A DNA stretch of 64,000 nt from Acanthaster planci (lineage: Eukaryota): the NCBI RefSeq assembly GCF_001949145.1, contig NW_019091358.1, forward strand, positions 682,961 to 746,960. The letters are read 5' to 3'. A program made the position numbers and the translations under genes. This document shows positions 38,001-48,330 of the stretch, in pieces. How positions within the stretch are numbered: position 1 is the first letter of the stretch; each line of letters starts with the position of its first letter. Below the pieces are notes generated by a model. The model did no database searches. It saw only the letters and a list, made by a program, of their open reading frames with translations, and was not told where the DNA came from.

Positions 38001-41000
38001 TTGACACAACATCAACCATCCAGGAAAGTTTTGAATGCTCAATTTTTGTTGCAAACTTGTTCTTGCCTCATTTTCTCATTATTCTGTAGGGTCTGGGCAA
38101 AGTTACCAGACTAACCAAATTAATGGAGAAGTTTACAAAACATGACTTTGAGCAACAGGTATGACCAGTAGGCTTACAAACCTACCTTCAGTGTCTTCTA
38201 TTTTAATTGGCTGCCATTCAAAAGAAGTTGGTATTTGATTTCGGTAATTTTTTTCATTCTAAATGTTCAGTGCCACAGTATCGGTGTGGCAGTCTCAGCG
38301 GTCTCCCGGTCTCAGTGGTCCCCCTGGCCTGATGTAGCCGGACATTTCAGCACTACACAAACACGGTCTCGTTGGTCTTCCGTGCTGAGATGTCTGCATG
38401 ACTAACTCGCACGGTACTATAAGCGGTGCTATTATCTTTGGTGTAGGCCTATATACAGTACACGTCACGTACAACGTGAAGCATGCATGGATTGCACTGC
38501 TCAGCACGCCACTTAAACAGGCGACTTTCCCGTTGTTGTGCGCAGAGATGGCATGACGTATTTTTACCATATTTGGTAAGGGGGACCGCTGAGACCGGGA
38601 GACAGCTAAGACCACCACACCAGTTCTTTATCATGTTGGGTTGATTTAAATTCTGCACCTGACATGGTGTATTTTTTATATCTACAGTGTAGACAGCAGG
38701 AGAGAATTACGGAAGCAGTTGAACTGTAAGCCCTTCCAGTGGTACTTAGAGAATATTTATCCAGAACTCAGGTAGGTCAAGACTTTTAACTCTGTAATCT
38801 CTACCTGTAAGCTTTGGCTTTATTCTATTTTTTGTCTTTGTCTGGGCAATCAGATTTGTTACAGATGTGTGCTGGGATAACTTGATTCCTGTCTGTACCA
38901 TAAATGGTCAAAAGTAGCTTACAACTTTCTGTAAAGAGTGTATGTTAGTTTTTTATGTGACGGGGTCTCTGCAATACTATTGCCTTGCACCTCTGAATGT
39001 GTCTAACACAGACTTCAAACTCTTGCGCTGTAGAATTCCCAAACCGGGAAATGTGCAATATGGCAAGCTACAGCAGGGGGACCTCTGTCTGGACTCCACC
39101 CCGAGAGCAACCGGAACCACCTGGGCCCCTTCCATCATTCCGTGTGAGATCCAAGATCAGGATCAGGTCAGTCTCGTAGAGTGTATTTGTAGATTGAAGC
39201 CTTGCTTGAGGTAGGCCCTCAAGACTCTGAAGGGTGTATGTGGTCTAGTGGTTAGGGTGTGTAACTTCTGCTCAAAAATCTAGCTATTGACCGTGAGTTG
39301 TGTCCTTGGGCAAGCTTCTTTACCCTATCTGGCTCCCTCCACCCAGGAGTATAAATGTGACTGGTCCTACCTCACGAAAATCAAGGCCATTCCCCCATCC
39401 CCCAACCAGATTTTTTTTAGTTTACAGAGCTAGCTCTGCGTTTGGATGTACGCAGTTTGTCAAAAACTGACATGCAGGGTGAAAAATGTGGAGGATTCAT
39501 GTCGGACAACATTGTGCTGATTCTTGATTCTTTTCATTAGATTGCCGGGTCATAAATCAGGACTTGCATTAGCCCTGTAATAGACTGGCATCGCACCCAC
39601 AGGGAGTTAAGATCATCTCAGTCGTTTCATACCAAAGAAACTGCAGATAATCACTGGCCCTATAATTCATATTGGCTCAGGACAGACCTTACTCTTTTTT
39701 GTTGTAATACTCTCAGTATGGGGCAGGGTGGGGCCAACTTGATGGAGGACGACTTTAATCACTCAAGGGGGAGAGCCAGCTCCTGAATGGCTATTTTAAG
39801 AACTGCACTGAGGGTTGGCCTGCATCCAAATCTGTTGTCTAGAGCTAGGTCTAGGTCTTCACTCCATTGTAAATGCGTGGAGAGGCTTAGACAATAGACC
39901 TAGCCGTAGCCCTGGAAGCCTGTTCCGGACACGGCCTTAGCTTGGTTGCTTGACTCGAGACATTACCAGGAAATCAGTTGGGAGCGTGCCGAGGTAGTGT
40001 ATGGTGTAACAGCCTGACAGCAACTGATCAGCGATGGGCTTTTCAGTGGCAAAAATGGTTTCAAGCTGAGTTGAGGGGCAAAGCAAGTTGGGTGGAATGG
40101 ATTGGAAATGAGACATGATCAGTGGTCACTGTTGTACAGAACCGATGGCAAAGTGTTAACATGAAGGCTGAGTCGGTTTAAATATCTGAATATTCAACCT
40201 TCCATTTGACACAATGTTCAGATATTCTGCAAAATATCTACAAAAGCAGGAACAAAATGTACTTGCTTGAATTACAAAATGTAAAAGGAGAAAAATTGAA
40301 AGAAAAAGTAAGTTTTGGCCTCATTGCTTGGCATTATGTGTTCAGCTCCTGTAAAAGCTTGCTTTCAGAATGCCATTTTGTAAATCAAATAATCTTTATT
40401 TATCTCAGCGATTTTAATCTTCAAATATTCAATGGATTTCAAGTACGTGTATAGATATGCAGATATTCAAGAATCAGTTGAATATCTGAATATTCAAACA
40501 ATCAGCGCTGCCCTTAATTCTCTTTAGTGGTTGCTATTGCTGGCTAGAATGTATCGCAATTCACCACTGACAAAGAGTTAGGTTACCCTTCGGTGTGGAC
40601 TAAGTATTCCCTTGGATTGGCCGTAGTGTTCACATGAAAATGTAGGCATGTAAGTCTTCTTCAAGCACAAGAGTCGTCATCAGTTTATACAAGTACAGAG
40701 ATGATGGAGGCAGTCAATTGCCAACAAGCCAGGCACCAAGTACCAACGCGAATATGGCCTTTACAAAAACTACTGGGATGTGCTTTGCACCTGGTGCCTA
40801 CAGGTACATGTGGACGATGTCTCACCCGCGCACAGGAGACCATTGCTTGGTGAAAAAAAGCACCTTCCCTTGTCCATGCATAGAGCCTCTGCAGAAAGGT
40901 TGTGAACACATTGTATAGATTACTGTGACGTTCTGGGTTGGCGTAACGCTCTCATTTAATTACAGGCATGGTCTTTAACCAAAGAGGACACCGTCCAACA

Positions 41001-42154
41001 ACAGTTCCAATGTTTGACTGTCAGTTCATCAGTGCCTGATACCAGAGTCTACCTTACTACTTGCCAAAGTAATGACATCAAACAGGTAGGAATACCAGGC
41101 CCTGCTTCACCCACTAAGTAATTCGTACCTCATCCCAGGTTGAAATATGTCCTGCAAGGTCAGCCTGTTTTGATACAGGATTTTTCAGTGCTTTGTTGAC
41201 GTTAGTGTCCATTCTAATGACTAAATTCTCAAGTAATTTAAGAAACAGGAAAAGAGGAAATTGTTGACTGAAACAGCAGGTGTCAAACATTTTGGGTTAA
41301 TTTGTAAAACATTTATTTCCATTCTAATGATTACATTCTTAAGTAATTTTAGAAACAGGAAAAGAGGAAATTGTTGACTTATACATGTACATCGCATGTC
41401 AAACATCTTAGTTTAAGTTATAAAACTTTGGGGGCTACAGTAAACTTAGTTACAGACAACAGCCTTTAAGGATCTGATCAGAACACCTTCATGAGGCTTC
41501 ATTGCATGAGATGAAGCACAGGGAATCTCTTGTTTTTTCCTGAATGTGAAAGATTTTGGAGGATTCAGGAAGGTTTCTAACATAACTGACCATGGAGGGA
41601 CATTAAACATTGCTTGATTTGCCCATGTTGGTTAAAGGGTAGATCCAGAACCACGTTTTTTAGGGGGAGAGGCCAAATTGTATGAGGAGCAAAATACTTG
41701 GAAATTTCTGTTGCTTCTTTGGTCTTTTTGAGGGGTATGGCAGAATTTAAGAAGGGCTTTTACACCCTTTCCGAGGACAGGAAGGGAAATTATCCTGAAA
41801 ATTGCCTTTTTTTCAATATTGAAGAAATTGTCCTTAGCTTGGGATCCACCCCCCCTATTTAACCAGTGTACTGGTGTTGATGCACTCCACGATTCACCAA
41901 TCCACTCCACTTATGTTGCTAATATTGGCTTACTTTGCATCAACCTGCTAGCTTCTTCAAATGGCAAAAACCGACTCACCATTCCCATGTTCCTTGGACA
42001 GAAATGGACAAGGGAGGGCAGCAGACTGATACACCAGCTGAGCCACCTGTGTCTTGACCACCTGCCCCAGAGGGGGCTAGTGGTCCGGCCCTGCGACCCA
42101 GACTCCGACACCCAGATATGGACATTCAAACCTCCCCGTCCAGGCAAGCACTGA
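7889..42154 (+). CDS. GALNT14/16: Polypeptide N-acetylgalactosaminyltransferase, GALNT14/16-like (GT27). Spliced and 5'-incomplete: join 7889-8055, 9902-10003, 16114-16181, 20075-20140, 22381-22502, [25579-25666 OR 26965-27052], 30145-30229, 33893-33996, 35223-35349, 37890-37982, 38688-38771, 39034-39166, 40966-41085, 42002-42154
   Basis: All exons have AG/GT boundaries and compatible phases, giving one open frame with GT27 motifs: [34 protein letters not shown] (DxH), [57 protein letters not shown], then three ricin-type lectin repeats (CLD/CLT ... QxW). [11 protein letters not shown] and EDPYxxHAFNQ match GALNT14/16 as I recall them. Confidence 0.95.
8147..8498. mobile_element. MITE, PIF/Harbinger-like termini
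   Basis: TIRs AGGCCTTTTCACACTA / TAGTGTGAAAAGGTCT (15/16), with internal repeated AACCC..GGGTTGA motifs. Confidence 0.75.
9902..10003 (+). CDS. GALNT14/16: GALNT exon ([33 protein letters not shown]), 102 nt
   Basis: Polypyrimidine tract plus ttag|, |gtaag donor, FHNE motif. Confidence 0.95.
10050..14050 (-). mobile_element. Highly decayed non-LTR retrotransposon remnant(s), CR1/L2-like; boundaries approximate
   Basis: Minus-strand (TTA)n-type tail near 10050; fragments PTLWNN (~10650), [11 protein letters not shown] (~11200) and FMVADFTL (~13720) recall the RT C-terminus and endonuclease GDFN motifs; many stops. Confidence 0.45.
14141..14347 (+). mobile_element. 3' fragment of a LINE ORF2 (CR1/Jockey group)
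   Basis: [21 protein letters not shown]...SFRTYL resembles the SFFPRTIxxWNxLP C-terminal motif of LINE ORF2. Confidence 0.7.
14914..15012. repeat. About 100-bp dispersed mini-element, copy 1
   Basis: GTCTGAAACCAAGT...GGTCACTCCT.ATTGTTT.AGA shared with 32782-32878; ends are inverted. Confidence 0.6.
16114..16181 (+). CDS. GALNT14/16: GALNT exon ([23 protein letters not shown]), 68 nt
   Basis: aacag| and |gtaag, EIILVDD motif. Confidence 0.95.
20075..20140 (+). CDS. GALNT14/16: GALNT exon ([23 protein letters not shown]), 66 nt
   Basis: tacag| and |gtgag, phase 1-1. Confidence 0.93.
20737..21234 (+). mobile_element. hAT-type MITE, copy 1
   Basis: Colinear with 36555-36988; degenerate 8-bp TSD ACAGTAGC/ACTGTACC. 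Confidence 0.8.
21741..21788. repeat. (TTTG)n microsatellite
   Basis: Read directly. Confidence 0.9.
22381..22502 (+). CDS. GALNT14/16: GALNT exon with the DxH metal-binding motif ([10 protein letters not shown]...[22 protein letters not shown]), 122 nt
   Basis: tttcag| and |gtcagt. Confidence 0.96.
25579..25666 (+). CDS. GALNT14/16: GALNT alternative exon A, divergent copy ([30 protein letters not shown]), 88 nt
   Basis: Strong polypyrimidine tract plus ttgcag|, |gtacat donor, open frame, same length and phase (0-1) as exon B, 15/30 aa identical to B. Confidence 0.8.
26965..27052 (+). CDS. GALNT14/16: GALNT alternative exon B, canonical copy ([30 protein letters not shown]), 88 nt
   Basis: ctcag| and |gtaaaa, family-consensus VVSPIIDVI...DLRGG. 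Confidence 0.92.
27162..27702. mobile_element. Non-autonomous element with two sets of inverted repeats
   Basis: Perfect 26-bp IR at 27162-27187 / 27513-27538; second IR ACAAATATTGACT near 27538 / AGTCAATATTTGT at 27690-27702. Confidence 0.7.
30145..30229 (+). CDS. GALNT14/16: GALNT exon ([29 protein letters not shown]), 85 nt
   Basis: cgcag| and |gtggg. Confidence 0.95.
32782..32878. repeat. About 100-bp dispersed mini-element, copy 2
   Basis: GTCTGAAAC ... GTTTCAGAC termini, similar to 14914-15012. Confidence 0.6.
33893..33996 (+). CDS. GALNT14/16: GALNT exon ([34 protein letters not shown]), 104 nt
   Basis: aag| acceptor, |gtaag donor, Gal/GalNAc-T WGGEN motif. Confidence 0.96.
35223..35349 (+). 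CDS. GALNT14/16: GALNT exon ([42 protein letters not shown]), 127 nt
   Basis: ttccag| and |gtacac, metal-ligand His and flexible loop. Confidence 0.96.
35992..36180 (+). mobile_element. tRNA-derived SINE
   Basis: A-box-like TGGTTGAGTGG and B-box-like GGTTTGAGTCC with tRNA spacing, followed by a non-tRNA body and an A-rich end. Confidence 0.65.
36555..36988 (+). mobile_element. hAT-type MITE, copy 2
   Basis: Termini TAGGGTTG...CAGCCCTA, perfect 8-bp TSD GTGCATAT (36547-36554 and 36989-36996), subterminal GAATATTC repeats. Confidence 0.88.
37890..37982 (+). CDS. GALNT14/16: GALNT exon ([30 protein letters not shown]), 93 nt
   Basis: ctgcag| and |gtaag. Confidence 0.95.
38283..38621. mobile_element. 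MITE with about 41-bp TIRs
   Basis: GGTGTGGCAGTCTCAGCGGTCTCCCGGTCTCAGTGGTCCCC versus the reverse complement at 38581-38621, about 5 mismatches. Confidence 0.85.
38688..38771 (+). CDS. GALNT14/16: GALNT exon ([27 protein letters not shown]), 84 nt
   Basis: ctacag| and |gtagg. Confidence 0.95.
39034..39166 (+). CDS. GALNT14/16: GALNT lectin alpha-repeat exon ([21 protein letters not shown]...CEIQDQDQ), 133 nt
   Basis: tgtag| and |gtcagt, CLD motif. Confidence 0.9.
39232..39692 (+). mobile_element. tRNA-derived SINE (V-SINE/CORE-like), apparently interrupted at about 39367-39570
   Basis: A box TGGTCTAGTGG; TTGTGTCCTTGGGCAAG; CTCCACCCAGGAGTATAAATG; later CCCTGTAATAGACTGGCATC. These blocks recall widespread aquatic-animal SINEs. 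Confidence 0.6.
40163..40516 (-). mobile_element. Older, diverged relative of the same hAT-type MITE family
   Basis: GAAGGCTGAGTC and GCTGCCCTT ends with GAATATTC/GAATATCTGAATATTC repeats. Confidence 0.55.
40966..41085 (+). CDS. GALNT14/16: GALNT lectin beta-repeat exon ([40 protein letters not shown]), 120 nt
   Basis: tacag| and |gtagg, QxW across the junctions, CLT...C pattern. Confidence 0.9.
41208..41430. repeat. Diverged tandem duplication, unit about 110 bp
   Basis: TCCATTCTAATGA...AGAAACAGGAAAAGAGGAAATTGTTGACT...TGTCAAACAT at 41208 and 41318. Confidence 0.85.
42002..42154 (+). CDS. GALNT14/16: GALNT last coding exon, lectin gamma repeat ([19 protein letters not shown]...[14 protein letters not shown])
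   Basis: gacag| acceptor, CLD...C...QIW, TGA stop. Confidence 0.92.
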   Translation, partial: KWTREGSRLIHQLSHLCLDHLPQRGLVVRPCDPDSDTQIWTFKPPRPGKH

Positions 42155-42312
42155 CAGCCCCAGCGCTTGAGAGAAGTAGCGATGGTGCAATTACCCATGT
42201 AAAGCAACTGGTCAGTTGAATAGCTTAATTTAACAGCTTGCTCCATCACTTAGGCCAGCAGCTGTTAGTGTATGCCAACCGTTCGGCCGGATTTGTACCT
42301 TTTAATTAAATG

Positions 42313-42341
42313 TATTTATTTATTTATTTATTTATTTATTT
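42313..42341 (+). repeat. (TATT)n tract in the GALNT 3' UTR (overlapping AUUUA pentamers)
   Basis: Read directly, about 160 nt after the stop codon. Confidence 0.75.
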
Positions 42342-45300
42342 TTTGGCAAGCTATTCTGCAAGTGTACTGCTGTTTTATTGTTTCAGAACTTTTGAAGTGC
42401 ATGGAAGACAGAGAGTTCAAGGGCAGCATTTTTCCTGCCCAGTTTTAGTGTACGTGTAATTCACGAATGAACCCCACTGTGGTATTTTTTTTAATCTAGT
42501 CCACCTGTCCAAAGATCGGGCCACACAGAAAGAAAAAATATGAATTTGCCCCGTGTCCATCCAAGGTCCCTTTAAGTCTGTGTTCCTTTTGAACTGGAAA
42601 AATCAACATCAGATCCATCAGTTGAGTTTGAGGGAAACCTACTGTCTTTGCTGATGACCTCCAATTTTGCCTGAGAACATTTTCCTAATAATAATATTCA
42701 CCTGCTATTATCTTTTACATTTATACCTCATGTTTGTAAAGAATACAAACTTAAAATGCAGATTCAAAAATAGAATACAACTAAATTTTATTACAGAATA
42801 TATGATAGTGCACATGCGAACAAAATATATTTCAAATGCCCTCATTAGTTTTGAAAATCTGCCTTTTCTGCTGTGCAAGTCTTGCGGCTGCGGGCTCTGT
42901 CTCAAATATCCCAGTTGTAAAACGGTGAAATGTTACTGTGTAACAGACACTCGTCACATGTTGTTGCTCTGGGCCAAATTTCACAGAGATGCGAAGCAGA
43001 AAAATGAAGTTAGCCAAATTCATATGTGACGCCAAAAAATGTGAGGCATTTTGGTGAAATGGTCAAGAGGTTGAGAAATGAGTTCGCTGGTATTAGGAAA
43101 GATAATAACGTTGTTGTTTGTTGTGCGTGAATGGGACATGCTGTTGACAAGTGAGAGCCTTTCCAAGATTGCATTTATTGACTTGCCAAACAAGGAAATA
43201 GTTCAAAAAAGGCCTTGAAGTATTTATTAAAATGGAAGGATGCCCATTGTTTTTCACAGACAAAAATTTTATTTTATGATTTTTAAACCATTTCTTTTCA
43301 ATCGTAGTGGACAAAACACAGGTTACAGATATCACTAAATTTGAAAAAAAAATTTACGTTTATAGCATTAGTCTCCACTACAGCCACTGTGTGCTTAGTT
43401 CCATCATGTTTTGCCTCACTGATTAACTGAAAACTGCTCACGTGAGACATTCTGAGCTTGACATTTCGGCCGGGAAACTGATTTTGTGTTGATGTTCTAA
43501 GCAAATCGCACCTGAATGAAATTGACACCGGACATATGTACCTCTTTAGTGAGGATGGCATCAGCGTTGTGCGCATTCAGCTGTGTCGTGCATTGTGTAT
43601 CTCTTGTGACCGGTTCCTTGCTGATTTTTGCTTAGCAAAACAAATATTGCCTGGTGACATTTTCTGCTTGGCACCTCTGTGAAATGGGAGCCCTGTTTGC
43701 TGAGGCCATTCAGCTCTCATATTGTCTGCTGGTCAGCTCTCATTGCCATAGGCAGGTTTCGCACACAGTCCATAAGGTTTGGTGAAAGTTACTCAGCTAA
43801 TGTGCATCGGGATTTGATAACTTAAAATTGTGCTGATTTCAGGTTTCTCCTATCTCAAAAGGTGTTGCAAACTACACCCCATGGAATGGAACTTTGCATA
43901 TCCCTGTTGTGTACCAAGCATATGCTGACATGCACTGAGCCAGACCCACATCTATCTGGCGCATTATGGACAGACCATCAGTATCATTATTGGGAACTGC
44001 ATTTTAACTGTTCATGCAATTAATTTATGCTGACTCAACAGCTGTGCATGCCATTAAGTCCTGCATATGAACAGTAAAAGTTAATTTCTATTCTGCAGGG
44101 TGCTTTTCTTGGAATGGGACAAATGACATTTTGCAGTGACTAGTTGAAGTATTACGTTGCTTTATCAGTGTCCAGCCACTTAGTAATTAATTCACAAAGG
44201 GATATTTAATTGTTCTCTTATGGTATTTTTCCTTTAGAAAGACCAGCTTGTGATTTTGAAGATCGTTTTCCTGTGGAAGTGCTCCTCAGTGTACTGATGG
44301 CCATTGATATTAATGCAACCAAAATGTAGGCCAGTGGAAACTTTTTAAAACTGGCCTCTTGGGTAATCGCACATTGCCTTCACATAGGGACTATTCCTCC
44401 TACGTAGACATAAAGCCGGGGCTCAAAAATTAGAACATACGTCTCTTGAAACCTGAACAGCAGGTTCATTCAAAGACACCATTGACTTCATATAGGTTTT
44501 CTGGTATTGTGCCCACTACCCGGGCTTTGTGCGAGCATTCAGTTTGTTGGTGTGATCAGCCAATCTGCTCAGTCGCTCGAATCGGAAAGAAAAGGCGATT
44601 TGCTGGTGTCAGCATTATCAACAGATCCTTTGATAAAATTAACCACTTGCGCAAAGATCAATCGATTGCGTATATCCACCGATTGCGCCCAACGCACACA
44701 CTAGCAATTTGTACCATCCGCCATGATCGGTTATGGAAGGCAGTATCCAAAATGGCATTGTTGTCCACAAGCTACAGGCTGCGGCTAGTCATAGTAGTGT
44801 ACTATAATGGTATAAACACAAGCCGTAGACACCTAATACCCATTTCAGACATGGCCCACAATTGCAAACTACAAGGATTGTGAGATATGTGACTGCAAGG
44901 GATGTACAGAGAACTTTGCACTTTGCTGGGGATTTCGACAGGAATTTTTCCCTTAAATAAGTTCTGTGCACGTTACAAATCTCTCCATAAATGTATAAAA
45001 GAAGGCAAAACAGTACTATTTTTTAATTTCTTGATTAAAGGTCCGTGAGTTTGGTATTTACTTTACACTGTTACAATGTGCTGCGTAGCACATTTTTATT
45101 TTATGTATATAGAAAAATATATTGCGTTCAGGAAGTCTAGCCGCTCTCTTTTATGGAAAAAATGCTACAAGCAAAAATGGAAACAAAAGCATACAAAAAA
45201 ATTGGGCTGTAATCTTTACTGCTCTCCTCTAAATAGTTCTATTGTTGGTGTTCCATTGTGTTGATTTAGCTTTGTCGAGTGGGATATCCCGGTCTTGGGT

Positions 45301-46787
45301 CTGGTAAAAGGATTTTTTTCTTTAAGAACTACTGCCCAGTTGTTTATGACAGGATCCACTTTGGAAAGGTGGTTGTGCTATTTTTCTTGGAATAATATGT
45401 CTCCACGAGAAAAACTCGCCCCCCCCCGCCCTGCTGGATATGCCACTGGCTTTGGTGATTTTCCACCTTCCTCAAGTTTACTGAAGGCAGACCCAGCTCT
45501 GGCTCAAGAGAGAGGTTTAGCTGTCGAGAGGGAAGTTTAAGAGGCATTTCCTATTGATTTTTGTTTTCATTTTGTTTTCATACATGTAGACGAAAAAAGT
45601 GGCCTTTCGTTATTTTTCTAAACGAATTTTTGGAAGGGGGGCCCTGCTGGCCCCCTGGAACCGTCCTTGTTTTTTCCCGTAAGCCTATGGCTAATTGACT
45701 GATAGGCCAATAGATATTTTGTCACTTTAAAGTAATTTATCGTTGAGATGTAATTCACTGTAAACAGGAATTCACAAATCCCATCTGACTTTTAATGAGT
45801 TTGTAATCATAGATAGTTATGTCACAGTGTTGAACATAACGTTTGACGTTAGGCATTTCCTGCATAAGTGGCTGCGGCTACCTATGAAGGTCACTGGCTA
45901 TGGGTCCAGCCAAAATTCCATAGACGTATGCGTTACGCTTAGCCTCAGCGAGTTGATTTTGACAGAGCCATGCTCCATGATAATAATTATTCATATACCC
46001 TTTAATATCAAGTTTCAGCCTGAATCTTATACCCTGACCTGTCTTGCAGGTGTTTCGTGGTTTTAGGAGATCAATGTCGGCCTCCGGCTACACGATCCTC
46101 AGTGGTTAAGTTGTTAAGTCACCTGTCCAAATTGATTCAGTTTCTCTGATTTGGCTTCAATTTCCTGCGGTTTTATCATGCAAATGCCGGATTAATTTGG
46201 AAATGGTGCGTAGAATCGCCAGAAACTGTCTCCGGGCAAGGTTTACTCGACGCCGAAATTACTCAAATTTCTGAGTGGTCATGGTAACAGCTCAAATCCG
46301 GGAATATCACTGTACTGGCCACAGAGTAGACTCGCTTCAAGTTTTTCCTGACCCAAAAAGTCCCAGCAATGATATCACGTGCAGCTTTTATTGGCTTAGT
46401 GCGTCAGTCGTTGATAAATTGATAACACGCTGGAATGGACGTGATGCAGTGGGACTGACTTGTGCAAGTCTAGCCATTGTCACTGCTTGTTCGCCAGGGG
46501 TTCACAGCTGAACACCTGTTTTCACTTCCTCTAAATAAAAAAAATCAATGCTGGAAACTTGAATTAGGTATGGGTTTTTTAATAAGTTCTATTAGATCAT
46601 AGATATAGCTTTCATTTTAATTTCCAGCCGTTTCCTTTATCATCGAATTTTTGACTTCGCGCTCTGATCAAAGGGTATAGTACTGTACCCATTGCGCGAC
46701 AAGCCCGACCGTTTGGTATAATATGCCTACCACTTTCCTTGTATAGCAACGTTAAGTACTGGAAGGTTCCGACTCGAAACTTCGGTT

Positions 46788-46937
46788 GAGATTTTTACCA
46801 GGGAAATAATCCATCTCAGAGGTCTGGGATAGTGCGTGAGATGTTTACCAGGGAAATAATCCATCTCTGAGGTCTGGGATAGTGCGTGAGATGTTTACCA
46901 GGGAAATAATCCATCTCTGAGGTCTGGGATAGTGCGT
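46788..46937. repeat. Minisatellite, 3 x 50 bp, nearly identical
   Basis: GAGATGTTTACCAGGGAAATAATCCATCTCTGAGGTCTGGGATAGTGCGT at 46788, 46838 and 46888. Confidence 0.95.
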
Positions 46938-47599
46938 GTCCTAAAAATTGCTGGACGCAAGAAGTGAGTTCGCTGGGATCTTTAGAATTGGATTCTTTTG
47001 AAAGGACTTTCTGTAACTGAACGAACAGGCCTTTTCAAAGTAGAGAACTGTCCGGAGCTCACTTTACGTTGCTGATCAGCAGGAGTTTGCCCGCCAAAGT
47101 GACAGAGACTAAGTTAGTGCACTAGTCTTGTAGTGGTTAGTACATTATGCCGGCTAATTTGAAGTATCATAGAATCGTTCCGGGAAATTCAGCTGCTTTG
47201 GTGTAATGTAATAACAACTGGGACATAGAACTTTATTGCGAGCTTACGGCTTCTCCGCGCTTCGTTTTACACTTCGACAAAATAATGGATTTACTAGTTT
47301 AAATTAAAAAAAAAGTAAGGCTGTCATTGTGACCTCTTCACGAAGCATTTGTAATACCTTTTCCCGCTGACAAGGAAACAAGATTTTCGTTTCCCTCGCG
47401 TATTTTAGCTTGGGAGTTTAAAAATGTATTTTTTTCGAACTCAATTAACCTGCTGCAAAGCAAATAATAGTATTCATGCTTAATGAAGCCACCGTGTTTT
47501 GCTTGTCTGTTGAAAAAGCACAAGTGACGGACCACATGTTGTTCGAAGACGGGGATGGTTGATTATGAACAGTTGTAATTTATTGACATTCAATAGTGC

Positions 47600-48330
47600 A
47601 TTGCGTTGGGGGGGGATTTGGCCATCGACCGACGGAGTTCCCGAGAGGAGCCGACCAGATATTCTGGAAATTTCAACACACTGGTGCTTATCAGCCTTGA
47701 GCCTCCTCGTGTTGTTTACCGTACCGTTCCCATCAATATTCTCGTCAGTGACATTTCAACAGGTACTGAATATAGTTGTGACACACTCAAACTTGATCAT
47801 ACCGTGTACACGGCACGTATGGAAAGAAAGTAAACATTGATTATTGAAATCAAATTCGTATCAGTTTAGTTATATTCTGTTTATAAGTAGCTGCAGGCGA
47901 AGTAAGCCTGTGAGGCTAATATTTTAATTTTTATTGGACTTAAGTTTTTGAACATTTATATTTAATATTTCCAATTTATTTAAAAATGTCTGCTTTTTAG
48001 AAGTGCAATTGAAATTTTTAAAATTGAATTGAAGCTTTGTTTTTTATGCTTACTTGAAAGAAGAGTGTCTTCAATGCCTTGTATAATTATACTATACTGT
48101 ATAAATGCTTCACCTTTGTAAATTTTGTGTCTATAGATAATAACTCCGCTGAATGTGCCATATGGGTTTGAAGCTGTTGACGTTTTGTCTCATTGGAATT
48201 TATGTTAAGAAATTAAATGTGGTGAGGAGCATAAGGGGCTTTATAAGCGCACATAGTTATCAAAAACAACCAATCTACCAATTGAGTGTACTTGATTATC
48301 GCAAGATAAAAGAAAGCCTTGTAAGTGTGA
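47600..48330 (+). mobile_element. Possible decayed Penelope-like element fragments
   Basis: EPPRVVYRT..NILVSD resembles the PLE linker PPxxAYRR...LV; LDYRKIKESLV resembles the GIY-YIG C-terminal RKIKE motif. Confidence 0.35.

Noticed and set aside
46788..46937. 3 x 50-bp repeat as a CRISPR or regulatory array
   Set aside because: Head-to-tail duplication with no spacers; an ordinary minisatellite.
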